Assembly: GCA_050175015.1 (NCBI GenBank)
Contig: JBFXJJ010000001.1
Span: 192,001-256,000, forward strand
Length of the DNA: 64,000 nt
DNA from: Alphaproteobacteria bacterium
GTDB lineage: Bacteria; Pseudomonadota; Alphaproteobacteria; JBFXJJ01
Direction of reading: 5' to 3'
The notes under the pieces: model-generated
Database searches by the model: none
The model's input: the letters and a program-made list of their open reading frames with translations, nothing else
What the model was told of the DNA's origin: nothing
Shown: in pieces, positions 51,562-62,714 of the stretch
Position numbering within the stretch: position 1 is the first letter of the stretch
Layout: each line of letters opens with the position of its first letter
Program-made: the position numbers and the translations under genes

Positions 51562-51848
51562 TTAGAGCATTGTGTATTTAATTGTACGCACCTTTTTATT
51601 TTGCCTTACGGCAAGCCTTAGGCGGGCAGTTTTTGCTTTTATAAAAGCAAAGGCAAAACTTTTATTATTCTTAACTATTTTTGTAAACAAAGATTTGAAA
51701 GTAATAAAAATAGTTTTTTGAGATTGCTAAGGATTTTTTTACAAAAAAATCTTAGTTTGCGTAAGCAAATTAATCATAAATTTTTGTTTTGCTTGACGGC
51801 AAGCCAGCAGGCGGCGTTACTTTTGTAAAAGTAAAATAAAACTTTTTA
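51562..51848. repeat. Modular intergenic repeat cluster (TTAGAGCA end, B-A-B)
   Basis: TTAGAGCAT..ATTTAATTGTA resembles the reverse complement of 40355-40382; TTTTGCCTTACGGCAAG; palindrome A variant at 51727-51755; TTACTTTTGTAAAAGTAA. Confidence 0.8.
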
Positions 51849-52229
51849 TAATTTTACGGGCGAACATATTTCAATAATATAGCCATTAGGGTCGCAGACA
51901 TAAGAGGTGGTTTGTCCCCAAGCTTCTTCTTTAACATCTTGAATAATAGTTGCTCCTGCCTGAACAGCAGTTTTTAAAGCAGATGCGACATCATCAGTTT
52001 CAAAAGCAATTTCAAATACGGGTGATTTAGGATTTGGTTTTCCTGGATATTTATCTAATTTGTTCATTAGGGATATTGAAGAAAACGCAAGCGTTGTATT
52101 TCCTGTTTCCAGCTCACCAAAGTCGCCACTTTCGTGAATAAATTTGATTTTTAACCCGAAGGCTTTGCAAAAGAAATCCATTGTAGCTTTTACATTTTCT
52201 ACATAAAGAATAGAATATTTAAATTTCAT
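51846..52229 (-). CDS. VOC/glyoxalase family protein
   Basis: ILYVENV..F..AFGL, GELETG, EIAFET, WGQTTSYVCDPNG..IEIC. Confidence 0.9.
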   Translation of the reverse strand: MKFKYSILYVENVKATMDFFCKAFGLKIKFIHESGDFGELETGNTTLAFSSISLMNKLDKYPGKPNPKSPVFEIAFETDDVASALKTAVQAGATIIQDVKEEAWGQTTSYVCDPNGYIIEICSPVKL

Positions 52230-52284
52230 TTTAAACCTATCAGTGAGGTAATTAGAGCTATAGCTGTGGTTAGTAAATGCTCAA

Positions 52285-52818
52285 TTATATCGATTCCACA
52301 GCTTTAACTTCTGGGAAATAGTTAATAATAACCTTTTCAATACCTTCTTTTAGAGTAATCATAGCATAAGGACAGGAACTACAAGAACCTACCATTGAAA
52401 CGTATACAATACCATTTTCATAACCTTTATAAACAACATCGCCGCCATCTTGCTGTACAGCAGGACGAATTCTAGCATTAATCAAGGTTTGAATTTTGTT
52501 TTCTAGGCTATCGTTATCAGCCAGATTATCGTCTTCAAATACAGAAGGCTCGCCGAGAGATATATGTTCCATAACACCAGCAATGATTTTTGATTTTAGT
52601 ATATCCCAAGAGGCATCATCTTTTTTGGTAACACAGATTAAATCAAGTTTGATAAAGATGTTTTTAATTCCATTGATTTCAAACAGCTTTTCAATTAGAG
52701 GAAACTTTTTAAAGTTGTCTCCTTCTTTAAAGAAAAACTCTCCTTTTTCTAAGATATTTACATCAGAAAAAAAGTTCATAACATTTTTATCAGGAGTTTC
52801 TTCTGCTTGAATTTTCAT
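52285..52818 (-). CDS. NifU/NfuA-family Fe-S cluster carrier
   Basis: EETPD..F N-domain; IRPAVQQDGGD, GSCSSCP, TLKEGIE. Confidence 0.9.
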   Translation of the reverse strand: MKIQAEETPDKNVMNFFSDVNILEKGEFFFKEGDNFKKFPLIEKLFEINGIKNIFIKLDLICVTKKDDASWDILKSKIIAGVMEHISLGEPSVFEDDNLADNDSLENKIQTLINARIRPAVQQDGGDVVYKGYENGIVYVSMVGSCSSCPYAMITLKEGIEKVIINYFPEVKAVESI

Positions 52819-52822
52819 CGTT

Positions 52823-53836
52823 TTACCTATCATTAAGATTTTGTATTATTTTATTAATTTTAATCGAACTTTGAGTTAAATAAAAGCCTTGAGCAGTCAA
52901 ATGTGATGGTAAAAATGAAGCATCAGGAGCGGCATTGATTACTATCATAGGATTAAGCAAAGAAGCTTCTTGTATCAAGTCCAGCATCTCCTGCCATTCA
53001 TTTTCTATATTTTGGGCTTTAATAACATTAATATAATCATTTTCGAGTTCTTTTAAAATGATATAATAACCGTAACAACTCCCCTTGCCATAATAAAAAA
53101 CATTATCACTGTCAAAGTCTATAATTTTTTTGGAGCCAGAAGTAATTTGGTTTTGAATATCTGATACGGCTGCTAAAAGATGGTTGTTTATCTGTTGTAA
53201 AATTGTTTTTAAAGTTGATGATTTTAAGATAAAAGGAAGACCATTTTGAGCAATGTATGAATTGTAAAAAACCAATTCTTGGGAGGCATTGCGGTATTGT
53301 TTGTTAGTTGAGGCAAGAGGTAGCCAAGATTTAGAAAAATCAATAATCCAAATATTAGAAGGGTATTTTAAAAAATCTGAAGCTCTTGCTAAATTCTCAC
53401 TAGAATCATCAAGGAAATTCCAAATGTCAATGAAGTCGGCTAAGGCCGAAATAATTCCAGTTTGATAGGCAGGCATATTATCTAAAATGGCAGCAGGAAA
53501 AAAGAAAGGCTGATTAGCAGTCCAAACATTTTGTTCTACTTCACGGTTAATCAGTTTAATAACAGCATTTATACTGTTAATTTCTCCAGTTTTGTTTATG
53601 ACATTTAGGTTAGAATTATCATCAATTTTATTGATTAAAAGTCCGCCAATAGGGTAGTAAAGCAAGAGAATAATACCCAAAACAACCACAGTGTGGCGCC
53701 AGAATCTTATAATTAAATTAATTATAGATTCTCCCCAATTTTTTAGATGTGCGTTCTTAATAGACTGGATAATATTTAAAGAATAAGTACCCAGTCTATT
53801 TTTTATTTTTTCACACAATAAAACCAACGGTTTCAT
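52823..53836 (-). CDS. DUF2333-family protein (start uncertain)
   Basis: [33 protein letters not shown]; single N-terminal TM segment. Confidence 0.8.
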   Translation of the reverse strand: MKPLVLLCEKIKNRLGTYSLNIIQSIKNAHLKNWGESIINLIIRFWRHTVVVLGIILLLYYPIGGLLINKIDDNSNLNVINKTGEINSINAVIKLINREVEQNVWTANQPFFFPAAILDNMPAYQTGIISALADFIDIWNFLDDSSENLARASDFLKYPSNIWIIDFSKSWLPLASTNKQYRNASQELVFYNSYIAQNGLPFILKSSTLKTILQQINNHLLAAVSDIQNQITSGSKKIIDFDSDNVFYYGKGSCYGYYIILKELENDYINVIKAQNIENEWQEMLDLIQEASLLNPMIVINAAPDASFLPSHLTAQGFYLTQSSIKINKIIQNLNDR

Positions 53837-54806
53837 ATACTTCTTTAATAATAGGAGCTGCAATCGCGTTTGCCCTTTCAGCGCCGTCGCTTAAAATTTT
53901 ATCAATATAAGCAGGATCTTTTCTAAGTTCGACTATTTTTGAATTTATGGGAGCGAGTTCTGATACCGCTACATCTGTTAGCATCTTCTTAAATTCGGAG
54001 AACTGTTTGCCCGCAATTTCTGGAAGAATAGCAGGAACATCACTATTTCTGAGAGCGGCATAAATACCGACAAGATTCGTTGCCTCAGGACGGTTCTCAA
54101 AGTCCGCCAGATTATCAGGCAAAGGCATAGGATCTGTTTTTGCCTTTTTGATTTTATTAGCAATATCATCTGCCGTATCTGTCATATTGATACGTGCCAT
54201 ATCAGAAGAATCACTTTTGCTCATTTTTTTAGAACCATCTCTAAGACTCATAACTCTTGTTGCTGCTCCTAAAATTAACGGTTCAACAATAGGAAAAACA
54301 TCTTTTTTAAAGTCGTTATTGAATTTAATAGCGATGTCTCTGGTGAGTTCTAAGTGTTGTTTTTGATCTTCGCCCACTGGAACGTGTGTTGCTTTATAAG
54401 TCAAAATATCTGCTGCCATAAGGCATGGATAAGCATAAAGGCCGACAGAAACATTTTCACGATTTTTTCCAGCTTTTTCTTTAAACTGAGTCATACGGTT
54501 GAGCCAGCCGATGCGGCCAACACAATTCATAATCCAAGCTAACTGGGCGTGAGCTGGAACTTTGCTTTGATTGAATAAAATATTTTTTTGTGGATCAATA
54601 CCAGCAGCTATCATACAAGCAGCAAGTTCTCTAGTATTATTTCTAAGTTCTTCAGGATCTTGCCATAGGGTTATAGCGTGCATATCCACCATACAGAAAA
54701 TGCTTTCGTATTCGTGTTGCAGATTAACCCAATTTCTAATTGCTCCAAGATAATTGCCAAGATGAATATTACCTGTAGGCTGAACTCCTGAAAAAATTCT
54801 TTTCAT
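53811..54806 (-). CDS. trpS: Tryptophan--tRNA ligase
   Basis: [31 protein letters not shown]. Confidence 0.97.
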   Translation of the reverse strand: MKRIFSGVQPTGNIHLGNYLGAIRNWVNLQHEYESIFCMVDMHAITLWQDPEELRNNTRELAACMIAAGIDPQKNILFNQSKVPAHAQLAWIMNCVGRIGWLNRMTQFKEKAGKNRENVSVGLYAYPCLMAADILTYKATHVPVGEDQKQHLELTRDIAIKFNNDFKKDVFPIVEPLILGAATRVMSLRDGSKKMSKSDSSDMARINMTDTADDIANKIKKAKTDPMPLPDNLADFENRPEATNLVGIYAALRNSDVPAILPEIAGKQFSEFKKMLTDVAVSELAPINSKIVELRKDPAYIDKILSDGAERANAIAAPIIKEVYETVGFIV

Positions 54807-54813
54807 TATTTTT

Positions 54814-56382
54814 TTATCCTCTTTTAAAAGCCCGTTTAAATTCTGCAATGTCTGTTGCTTTAACCATTAGAGCAGCAAAAACAAAAACTAACAGTCCAGT
54901 TAATATCAGTCCGAAAAACAGCCCAAGTCTAATAAAACCAACGGTATCTAACCAATTATGATTCCAAAGGTTGAGACCATATTGTACTAAGACTAAGTAA
55001 GCTGTCATAATTCCTGATGCCAGAACTATTTTCATAATACGAGTTTTTCGTTTCTTATCAATATTGAAATAATTTTTTTTCTTTAGTTTTATGCCCATAA
55101 TAAAAGCTCCGAGCCATGCGGATATTGTTGTTGCCATAGCAATTCCTACGTGTCCAAAAGGAAACATCAAAGCTACGTTTAAAATAATATTGGCAAAAAG
55201 GCAGATAACAGAGATTTTTACAGGAGTAACAGTATCACCTTGAGCAAAAAAGCTGGGACCAAAAACTTTAGCAATGACATAAGCAGGAATTCCTAAGGAA
55301 AAAGCTATTACAGCATTAGCGGTAGCAATCGTTTCGGCTTGACCAAAAGCACCGTGTTCAAAAAGCGTGGCAACAATAGGTTTTGCTAAAACAATAAAAG
55401 CGCAAGAAGCAGGAACCGTAAGAAGCAAAGATATTTCCAAGGACTTGTTTTGTAGTTTTAAAGCTTCATCATGATTGCCAGATTTGATAGCTTTTGATAG
55501 CATTGGTAACAGAGCTGTCCCGACGGCTATTCCTACGACTCCGAGGGGAAGCTGAATTAAATGATTTGAATAATGCAGCCAAGATACAGCACCATCAGCA
55601 ACTAAAGATACTAAAATAGTATCAACGACAAGATTAATCTGATAAATTCCAGCTCCAAAAACACCGGGAAGTATTTTTTTAAACAGGTTTTTAATATCCT
55701 CCGGTATTCCTTTTAAGAAGAACGAAGGATAAATTTTGATTTTGAAACCCTCACGCTTAATATTAAAAGAAAGCCAAAGCATCTGAATAATACCAGATAG
55801 AGCAACTCCGATTGAAAGAGCGTGAGCGGGGGTTTCTGTCCATGGAGATAACAGGTAAAGAGCCAGAATACCAGTAACATTAAAAAAGATTGGAGCTGCC
55901 GCAGGGGCTGCAAATTTGCCCAAAGAATTAAGAACGCCCGATTGAAAAGACACCAACGAAATAAATAATAAATAAGGAAAAGTTATGCGGCATAATTTGG
56001 TTGTAAGCTCAAGTTTACCTGCAATTTTATCAAAACCTGGTGCAAAATATGGCATTAAATATGGCATCAAAATTTCTATCAAGACCACAAATATCAGCAG
56101 AATAAACGTTAAAAAACACAAAGATTTTTCTGCAAATTTTCTAGCTTCTTCCTTGTCATTTACAGCAAGATGACCTGAAAAAATAGGCACAAAGGCAGCA
56201 GAAAATGCTCCTTCAGCAAATAAACGTCGGAATAAATTAGGTAGTCTTAAAGCAACAAAAAAAGCATCAGCTACGGCGCTGGCTCCTAAGATATCAGCGG
56301 TTGCAATATCTCTTAGAAAGCCAGTGACACGGCTTATCATAGTCCAGCCGCCGACAGTAGTAATAGATTTTATGAGACTCAC
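54814..56382 (-). CDS. murJ: Lipid II flippase MurJ (MviN)
   Basis: [38 protein letters not shown]. Confidence 0.96.
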   Translation of the reverse strand: MSLIKSITTVGGWTMISRVTGFLRDIATADILGASAVADAFFVALRLPNLFRRLFAEGAFSAAFVPIFSGHLAVNDKEEARKFAEKSLCFLTFILLIFVVLIEILMPYLMPYFAPGFDKIAGKLELTTKLCRITFPYLLFISLVSFQSGVLNSLGKFAAPAAAPIFFNVTGILALYLLSPWTETPAHALSIGVALSGIIQMLWLSFNIKREGFKIKIYPSFFLKGIPEDIKNLFKKILPGVFGAGIYQINLVVDTILVSLVADGAVSWLHYSNHLIQLPLGVVGIAVGTALLPMLSKAIKSGNHDEALKLQNKSLEISLLLTVPASCAFIVLAKPIVATLFEHGAFGQAETIATANAVIAFSLGIPAYVIAKVFGPSFFAQGDTVTPVKISVICLFANIILNVALMFPFGHVGIAMATTISAWLGAFIMGIKLKKKNYFNIDKKRKTRIMKIVLASGIMTAYLVLVQYGLNLWNHNWLDTVGFIRLGLFFGLILTGLLVFVFAALMVKATDIAEFKRAFKRG

Positions 56383-56521
56383 GGGGAAAAACTCCTAAAT
56401 TAGAGATTTGATGTGAAGTATATGCTAGTTTATAGAAGAAAAATTTGTTTTAATAAATAGCTAATTTCTTATATATAGAAGTTATAGGTCGTAATCTTAA
56501 TTAAATTTTTAACTGGTTTTT

Positions 56522-56953
56522 ATGAATAATATCCACGCATCTTGTATAAGTATAGATAATAATGGCGTTTTAATTATAGGCAAATCGGGCAGCGGTAAAT
56601 CCGATTTAGCACTAAGGCTTATTGATAATGGTGCTGAATTGGTTGCTGATGATAGATGTGAAGTATTTGCAGATAATAATAAATTATTGGCACAAGCTCC
56701 AAGCCGCATCAAAGGCTTAATTGAGGTTCGAGGGATAGGCATTATCAAACTTCCTTTTGTGATTAAAAGTGAAATCAAGCTCGTGGTTGAACTTCAAGAA
56801 AAATTATTGATTGATAGAATGCCTGATGCAGATTTATGTCATATTTGTGGTCTTGATATACCAAAAATTTTGCTATATCCTTTTGAAAATTCAGCAATCA
56901 TAAAAGTTAAACTGGCTCTTGCAATAGCAGCTAATAAAATCGAAAAAATATGA
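56522..56953 (+). CDS. hprK: HPr kinase/phosphorylase (short alphaproteobacterial form)
   Basis: HASC, GKSGSGKSDLAL, LVADD, GLIEVRGIGI. Confidence 0.92.
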   Translation: MNNIHASCISIDNNGVLIIGKSGSGKSDLALRLIDNGAELVADDRCEVFADNNKLLAQAPSRIKGLIEVRGIGIIKLPFVIKSEIKLVVELQEKLLIDRMPDADLCHICGLDIPKILLYPFENSAIIKVKLALAIAANKIEKI

Positions 56954-57912
56954 AAATAAATAAAGAAAATAAATGGCAGATTATAATTGTCACAGGTATG
57001 TCTGGGGCAGGGAAGTCGACCGTACTTAAGTCCTTTGAAGATTTTGGATTTGAAACATTTGATAATATTCCTCTGTCTTTAGTAAGATATTTAATTAGTG
57101 AAGAACAGCAAAAAAAAGAAGATGAAAATCAACTTTCACTGCTTAAATCACTGGCTAATCCTGAAAATAAAAATTCAAAAAAATTAAGACCGCTCGCAAT
57201 TGGTATTGATATAAGAACCAGAGATTTCGGCGTAAAACCGCTTTATCATTTTTTTGAAATGTTAAAAGAAAATCCCAATATTGAAAATCATCTTATTTTT
57301 ATGGATTGTGAAGATACCGTTTTACAGCGCAGATTCACTGAAACTCGAAGAAAACACCCTCTTGCTCAAGACCGAAGGTTAGAAGATGGAATTGAGCAAG
57401 AAAGAAAAATAATGAGTTCAATTAAGGAAATTGCCAATACAATTATTGATACCAGCGAAACATCTCCATCTGAAATTAAGAATTATATTGAAAGTAATTT
57501 TATTAAAGATAAAGATGCCGCTCTTAAAATTTTTGTTACTTCATTTTCTTATCGTTATGGCATTCCTCGTAACGCTGACCTCGTTTTTGATGTCAGATTT
57601 TTAAAAAATCCGCACTATGTTTCAGAACTAAAAAAACTAACAGGGAATGATGAAAAAGTTGGAGAATATATTGCAAATGATGCAATATATGATACTTTCT
57701 TTAAAGGGCTTACCAATTTTATTGAGCCCCTATTGCCACGTTATATTTCTGAGGGTAAAAGTTATTTGACAATAGCTTTTGGCTGTACAGGGGGTCAACA
57801 TCGCTCGGTTTTTGTGGCAAATGAACTAAAAAAATGGCTTGCAAAAAAAGAAATAATAGTAAATTTAAAACATAGAGAACTTGAACATATTTTAATAAAA
57901 GAAAGGCTCTAA
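56950..57912 (+). CDS. rapZ: RNase adapter RapZ (YhbJ) family
   Basis: GMSGAGKS, DIR, ETRRKHPL, FDVRFLKNPH, GCTGGQHRSV. Confidence 0.95.
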   Translation: MKINKENKWQIIIVTGMSGAGKSTVLKSFEDFGFETFDNIPLSLVRYLISEEQQKKEDENQLSLLKSLANPENKNSKKLRPLAIGIDIRTRDFGVKPLYHFFEMLKENPNIENHLIFMDCEDTVLQRRFTETRRKHPLAQDRRLEDGIEQERKIMSSIKEIANTIIDTSETSPSEIKNYIESNFIKDKDAALKIFVTSFSYRYGIPRNADLVFDVRFLKNPHYVSELKKLTGNDEKVGEYIANDAIYDTFFKGLTNFIEPLLPRYISEGKSYLTIAFGCTGGQHRSVFVANELKKWLAKKEIIVNLKHRELEHILIKERL

Positions 57913-57916
57913 ATAT

Positions 57917-58315
57917 ATGATAGGTATGGTTTTAGTAACTCATGGGAAGTTAGCTAATGAGTTTATATCTGCTTTAGAACATGTTGTAGGGAAACAGGAA
58001 AATATCGAAAAGATATGTATCGACCCTGATGATGATATGGAGCAGAAGCGTTCTGAAATTATGAATTCAGTCTCAAAAGTTAACACTGGAAACGGTGTTG
58101 TAATTTTGACTGATATGTTTGGCGGAACACCCTCGAATCTTGCTATATCAATTATGGATAAAGCCAAAGTTGAAGTAATAGCAGGGGTTAATTTACCGAT
58201 GCTTATCAAGTTAGCGAGTGTTAGGAGCTCGTCCTCAATCGAAGATGCTATTTTTGCAGCTCAGGAAGCGGGACGGAAGTATATCAATGTTGCCTCAAGA
58301 TTGCTTGCGGGCTGA
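57917..58315 (+). CDS. PTS EIIA-Man-type component
   Basis: LVTHGKLA, LTDMFGGTPSN, GVNLPML. Confidence 0.93.
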   Translation: MIGMVLVTHGKLANEFISALEHVVGKQENIEKICIDPDDDMEQKRSEIMNSVSKVNTGNGVVILTDMFGGTPSNLAISIMDKAKVEVIAGVNLPMLIKLASVRSSSSIEDAIFAAQEAGRKYINVASRLLAG

Positions 58316-58330
58316 TTTAACTTAAGATGA

Positions 58331-58663
58331 ATGTTGGTTATGGAAAATATCTATAATATAAAATCGGAATGTGCTGGGGATTCTATTTTGAACTATGATC
58401 ACAAAGTGTTGGTAAAAATTGCAAATCAAAAAGGTCTGCATGCAAGGGCTGCCGCTGCTTTTGTAAAGCTGGCAGAACGTTTTGAAGCAGAAATAACAGT
58501 TAGTAAAAATGGTATGGAAGTTTGTGGCAAGTCTATTATGGGTCTTATGATGTTAGCAGCCGCTAAGGGTTCGGAAATTGAACTTAAAGCTAAAGGTAAA
58601 CAGTCTAAAAAAGCGATTGAAGCTTTAACGGAATTAGTAAATGCAAAATTCAACGAAGATTAA
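58331..58663 (+). CDS. ptsH: Phosphocarrier protein HPr/NPr
   Basis: GLHARAAA, GKSIMGLMML. Confidence 0.93.
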   Translation: MLVMENIYNIKSECAGDSILNYDHKVLVKIANQKGLHARAAAAFVKLAERFEAEITVSKNGMEVCGKSIMGLMMLAAAKGSEIELKAKGKQSKKAIEALTELVNAKFNED

Positions 58664-60458
58664 TGACCCTGAATTTATTCCTGACATTACTTCTAGAAAT
58701 ATGTCAGAGACTGTTGTTGAAACTGTTATGCAGGAAATAAATTACAGTGGGCTTGGAGTTTCACCTGGTATTGCAATCGGTGTGGCATACGTCCACAACC
58801 CTTCAGTTATCACTGTGCCTAAATATCGTATTGAAGTTGGACAAATCGAAGAAGAACAGAAAAGAGTTGTTCAAGCCTCTCAAAAAACAGAAAGACAATT
58901 ACTTTATCTAAAGCATAAGGTACAAAAATTACCAGATTCTTCAGGCGAAGAAATTGAATTTCTGCTCGATGCTTATGGGCAGATGCTGAAAAATTCAAGA
59001 TTAATAAGAGGCGTTTTAGATCGTATCCGCAAAGACCAGATTAATGCTGAAGCTGCGGTGCAGACTGAGATAGCAATGCTTGCAGAAGCATTTGCATCAA
59101 TGGAAGATTCTTATTTGTCATCACGTTTAGAAGATGTAAGAAGTGTTGGGCTTAGGTTAATAAGAAATCTTACCAAAGAAGTTTTTCAGCCTTTTGCGAA
59201 GCTTCCTAAAAATTCAGTTATTATTTCGCACGAGTTAACACCTGCTGATACCGCAATGCTTGATCCTAATTTTATTTCAGGATTTGCAACGGTTAAAGGC
59301 GGAGCTCAGAGCCATACAGGATTGCTCGCCCGTTCGCTGGCTTTGCCTGCTGTTATCGGTGTCGATAACCTTATGAGCAAGGTAAGAACTGGAGACCCTG
59401 TTATTATTGATGGTACTTTCGGCTTGGTTATTGTTTGTCCAAGCAGGGAAGTTATTGACCGCTATTCAATGTATCGCCAAGATTTCTTGAGATGGAGAGA
59501 TTCCTTAAGCCAATTGAAAGATCTTCCTTCTGTTACTACAGATAACTTTCATATCAGTTTAAAAGGAAACATAGATTTACCATCAGAAATTGAGGTTTTG
59601 CTTCAATCTGGTGCTGAAGGAATTGGCTTACTACGTACGGAATATATGTTTATGAATAAGGGCGAAATTCCAGACGAAAAAGAGCAATTTGAAACCCTGC
59701 GCAATGTTATTCACCGTTTAAACGGTCAGCCTGTCACGATAAGGACATTAGATGTTGGTGGTGATAAACCAAACGAACTCGTTGCAACAGGAACAGGAAG
59801 TAACCCTGCTCTCGGGCTTAGAGGGATAAGATGCTCTCTTAAATGGCAAGACCTTTTAGAAATACAGCTCTCGGCAATTTTAAGAGCGTCAGTTTATGGA
59901 CCTGTTAACATTATGCTGCCGATGGTAAGTGATGTTTCTGAGGTCATAAAAGTCAGAGAGATAATGGCTAAGCTTGTAGAAAAATTAAGGCAGAATGGTG
60001 TTGATCTTCCTAATCCTCTACCGCCGCTCGGCATTATGATTGAAACACCTAGTGCTGCTTTAATGGCAGAATCATATTTGGGCAAGGTTGATTTCTTCTC
60101 GATTGGAACTAACGATTTAACCCAATATACATTGGCAGTTGATCGTACTAATCAAAATGTGGCCCATCTTTACAATACAATTCACCCGTCGGTCTTAAGG
60201 TTAATCAAAATTACAGCCGATGCTGCTGCTAAAGGGAAAATACCAGTTTCTATGTGTGGTGAAATGGCAGCAAACGCTCATCATATTAAACTATTATTGG
60301 GACTTGGCATTTATGAACTATCAATGCCAGCAACTAATATTCCAACAGTGAAAGAAAGAGTCCGTTCAATTAATATGAATGATGCTCGTAATTTTGCTAA
60401 TTATATTTTGAGTCTTTCTAATGCGGATGAAATTCGCAATATAATTTACAATTCATAA
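58641..60458 (+). CDS. ptsI: PEP-protein phosphotransferase Enzyme I (no GAF domain)
   Basis: SPGIAIG, GGAQSHT, GIGLLRTE, RTLDVGGDK, NPALGLRGIR, SIGTNDLTQY, CGEMA. Confidence 0.93.
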   Translation: MQNSTKINDPEFIPDITSRNMSETVVETVMQEINYSGLGVSPGIAIGVAYVHNPSVITVPKYRIEVGQIEEEQKRVVQASQKTERQLLYLKHKVQKLPDSSGEEIEFLLDAYGQMLKNSRLIRGVLDRIRKDQINAEAAVQTEIAMLAEAFASMEDSYLSSRLEDVRSVGLRLIRNLTKEVFQPFAKLPKNSVIISHELTPADTAMLDPNFISGFATVKGGAQSHTGLLARSLALPAVIGVDNLMSKVRTGDPVIIDGTFGLVIVCPSREVIDRYSMYRQDFLRWRDSLSQLKDLPSVTTDNFHISLKGNIDLPSEIEVLLQSGAEGIGLLRTEYMFMNKGEIPDEKEQFETLRNVIHRLNGQPVTIRTLDVGGDKPNELVATGTGSNPALGLRGIRCSLKWQDLLEIQLSAILRASVYGPVNIMLPMVSDVSEVIKVREIMAKLVEKLRQNGVDLPNPLPPLGIMIETPSAALMAESYLGKVDFFSIGTNDLTQYTLAVDRTNQNVAHLYNTIHPSVLRLIKITADAAAKGKIPVSMCGEMAANAHHIKLLLGLGIYELSMPATNIPTVKERVRSINMNDARNFANYILSLSNADEIRNIIYNS

Positions 60459-60483
60459 GAACTTTTAAGGAGATTTTTTAAAT

Positions 60484-61776
60484 ATGAGCTTTAACGATTA
60501 TAAAGTAAAAGATATTAATTTGGCTGATTGGGGACATAAAGAAATTAAAATAGCTGAAATAGAAATGCCAGGTCTCATGGCTATTCGTGAAGAATATAAA
60601 GGTAAAAATCCTTTAAAAGGAGCTAGAATTGCTGGCTGTCTTCATATGACTATTCAAACAGCGGTTTTGATTGAAACTTTGGTTGACTTAGGTGCAGAAA
60701 TCCGTTGGAGTTCTTGCAATATTTTTTCAACTCAAGATCACGCAGCAGCAGCGATTGCTGACAATAAAACCCCAGTTTTTGCTTGGAAAGGTGAAACTGA
60801 AGAAGAATTTTGGTGGTGTATTGAACAGACCATTTTTGGCCCAGAAGGTTGGCGCCCTAATATGATTCTTGATGACGGCGGCGATTTAACTTTAGTAATG
60901 CATCAGAAGTACCCTGAACTTTTGAAAGAAGTTAGAGGGCTTTCTGAAGAAACAACTACAGGTGTTCATCGTCTTTATGAAATGGCTAAAAAGAATACTT
61001 TAAAAGTTCCAGCTTTCAACGTTAATGACTCTGTTACCAAATCAAAATTTGATAATCTTTATGGTTGTCGTGAAAGCTTAGTTGACGGTATTAAACGTGG
61101 TACGGACGTTATGGTTGCTGGTAAAGTAGCGGTTGTTTGTGGTTATGGTGATGTTGGTAAAGGTTCTGCTGCTTCTTTGCGTAACCAAGGCGCAAGAGTT
61201 TTAGTTACGGAAATCGACCCAATATGTGCTTTGCAGGCTGCTATGGAAGGCTATCAAGTAGTAACAATGGAACAAGCTGCTCCAATTGGTGATATTTTTG
61301 TAACCGCAACGGGCAATTTAAAAGTTATTACTCACGACCATATGAAACAAATGAAAGATAGAGCAATCGTTTGCAATATTGGACATTTCGATAGCGAAAT
61401 AGATGTAGCATCTCTTAGAAAATATAAATGGTTCAATGTTAAACCTCAAGTAGATGAAATTGAATTTACAGATGGCAAACGTCTTATTCTTCTTGCTGAA
61501 GGTCGTTTAGTAAATCTTGGTTGTGCTACAGGACACCCAAGTTTTGTTATGAGCAATTCTTTCACTAATCAGGTTTTAGCGCAGATTGAACTTTGGAATA
61601 ACTATAAAGATTATGAAAATAAAGTTTATGTTCTTCCAAAACATCTTGATGAAAAAGTTGCATCACTGCATTTGAAAAAAATTGGCGTTGAACTTACTAA
61701 ATTAACTAAAGAACAGGCTGATTATATTGGTGTTTCTGTAGAAGGACCATATAAACCTGAATATTATCGTTATTAA
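60484..61776 (+). CDS. ahcY: Adenosylhomocysteinase
   Basis: [42 protein letters not shown]. Confidence 0.98.
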   Translation: MSFNDYKVKDINLADWGHKEIKIAEIEMPGLMAIREEYKGKNPLKGARIAGCLHMTIQTAVLIETLVDLGAEIRWSSCNIFSTQDHAAAAIADNKTPVFAWKGETEEEFWWCIEQTIFGPEGWRPNMILDDGGDLTLVMHQKYPELLKEVRGLSEETTTGVHRLYEMAKKNTLKVPAFNVNDSVTKSKFDNLYGCRESLVDGIKRGTDVMVAGKVAVVCGYGDVGKGSAASLRNQGARVLVTEIDPICALQAAMEGYQVVTMEQAAPIGDIFVTATGNLKVITHDHMKQMKDRAIVCNIGHFDSEIDVASLRKYKWFNVKPQVDEIEFTDGKRLILLAEGRLVNLGCATGHPSFVMSNSFTNQVLAQIELWNNYKDYENKVYVLPKHLDEKVASLHLKKIGVELTKLTKEQADYIGVSVEGPYKPEYYRY

Positions 61777-61795
61777 TTTTTAAGGAATTTTCTAT

Positions 61796-62569
61796 ATGTC
61801 GCCGATACTTATAGGCTCTTGTGCAAGTTTAGCCGCAGGTATGGCAACGGGTGTCGGTGCGGCGTTTGTCTTTTTTATCAAAAAGATGAATGAAAAATTA
61901 GAAGATTTACTTTTGGGTACAGCGGCAGGCGTTATGCTTGCCGCTTCCTTTTTTTCTTTAATTCTGCCGTCGATTGAATCTGGCACAGAAATTTATCATA
62001 ACAAAATTATAGCAATAGCTGTCACAACTGTGACGTTTTTAATTGGAGCGGCGGTTGTCTGGCTTATTAATGAATATGTTCCGCACGAGCATTTTATTAT
62101 GGGACACGAAGGCGGTGATGCTGGTCAGTTAAAAAAAATATGGTTATTTATTATTGCGATAACGATACATAATTTTCCAGAGGGTATGGCAGTTGGAGTT
62201 GCTTTTGGCGGGAATAATATCGCAGATGGAATTCCGATTGCGGTTGGTATCGGTTTGCAAAATATTCCCGAGGGTTTAGCTGTTTCGCTTGCCCTTATTG
62301 GTCAAGGATATAAAAGAACCAAGTCATTTATAATTGGTCTTATTACTGGTTTGGTAGAACCAATCGGTGGAATTATAGGAATATCTGCGGTTTCAGTATT
62401 TTTAAAACTGCTTCCTGGTGGTTTAGCTTTTGCGGCTGGTGCTATGATTTTTATCATAAGCCACGAAATAGTTCCCGAAACTCATCGCAGAGGTCATCAT
62501 AATGCGGCAACACTGGGGCTGTTACTTGGTTTTTCAGTAATGATGGTTTTAGATGTTCTTCTAGGCTGA
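61796..62569 (+). CDS. ZIP-family metal transporter (GufA-like)
   Basis: AAGVMLAASFFSL, PHEH, HNFPEGMAVG, QNIPEG. Confidence 0.92.
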   Translation: MSPILIGSCASLAAGMATGVGAAFVFFIKKMNEKLEDLLLGTAAGVMLAASFFSLILPSIESGTEIYHNKIIAIAVTTVTFLIGAAVVWLINEYVPHEHFIMGHEGGDAGQLKKIWLFIIAITIHNFPEGMAVGVAFGGNNIADGIPIAVGIGLQNIPEGLAVSLALIGQGYKRTKSFIIGLITGLVEPIGGIIGISAVSVFLKLLPGGLAFAAGAMIFIISHEIVPETHRRGHHNAATLGLLLGFSVMMVLDVLLG

Positions 62570-62714
62570 AGCTACGGGGGGGCTTTGACCGCCGTATAAA
62601 TATACTATCAATAATATGCAGTACTCTTAGATAACAATCTTGAACCTCTTATAAAAGAAGAGTTTTAGCAATTGTTATTTGTCAGCAAAACAGCGTTAAA
62701 TATATAATTACTTT

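Noticed and set aside
2199-51755. Palindrome A copies as a CRISPR array
   Set aside because: Copies are dispersed kilobases apart with no regular spacers, and no cas genes are present.
57005-57012. KOPS-like GGGCAGGG on + strand
   Set aside because: Orientation fits the right replichore, but one octamer inside a P-loop codon run is not evidence.
60459-60483. SAH/SAM riboswitch ahead of ahcY
   Set aside because: The spacer is only 25 bp and holds little beyond the RBS.
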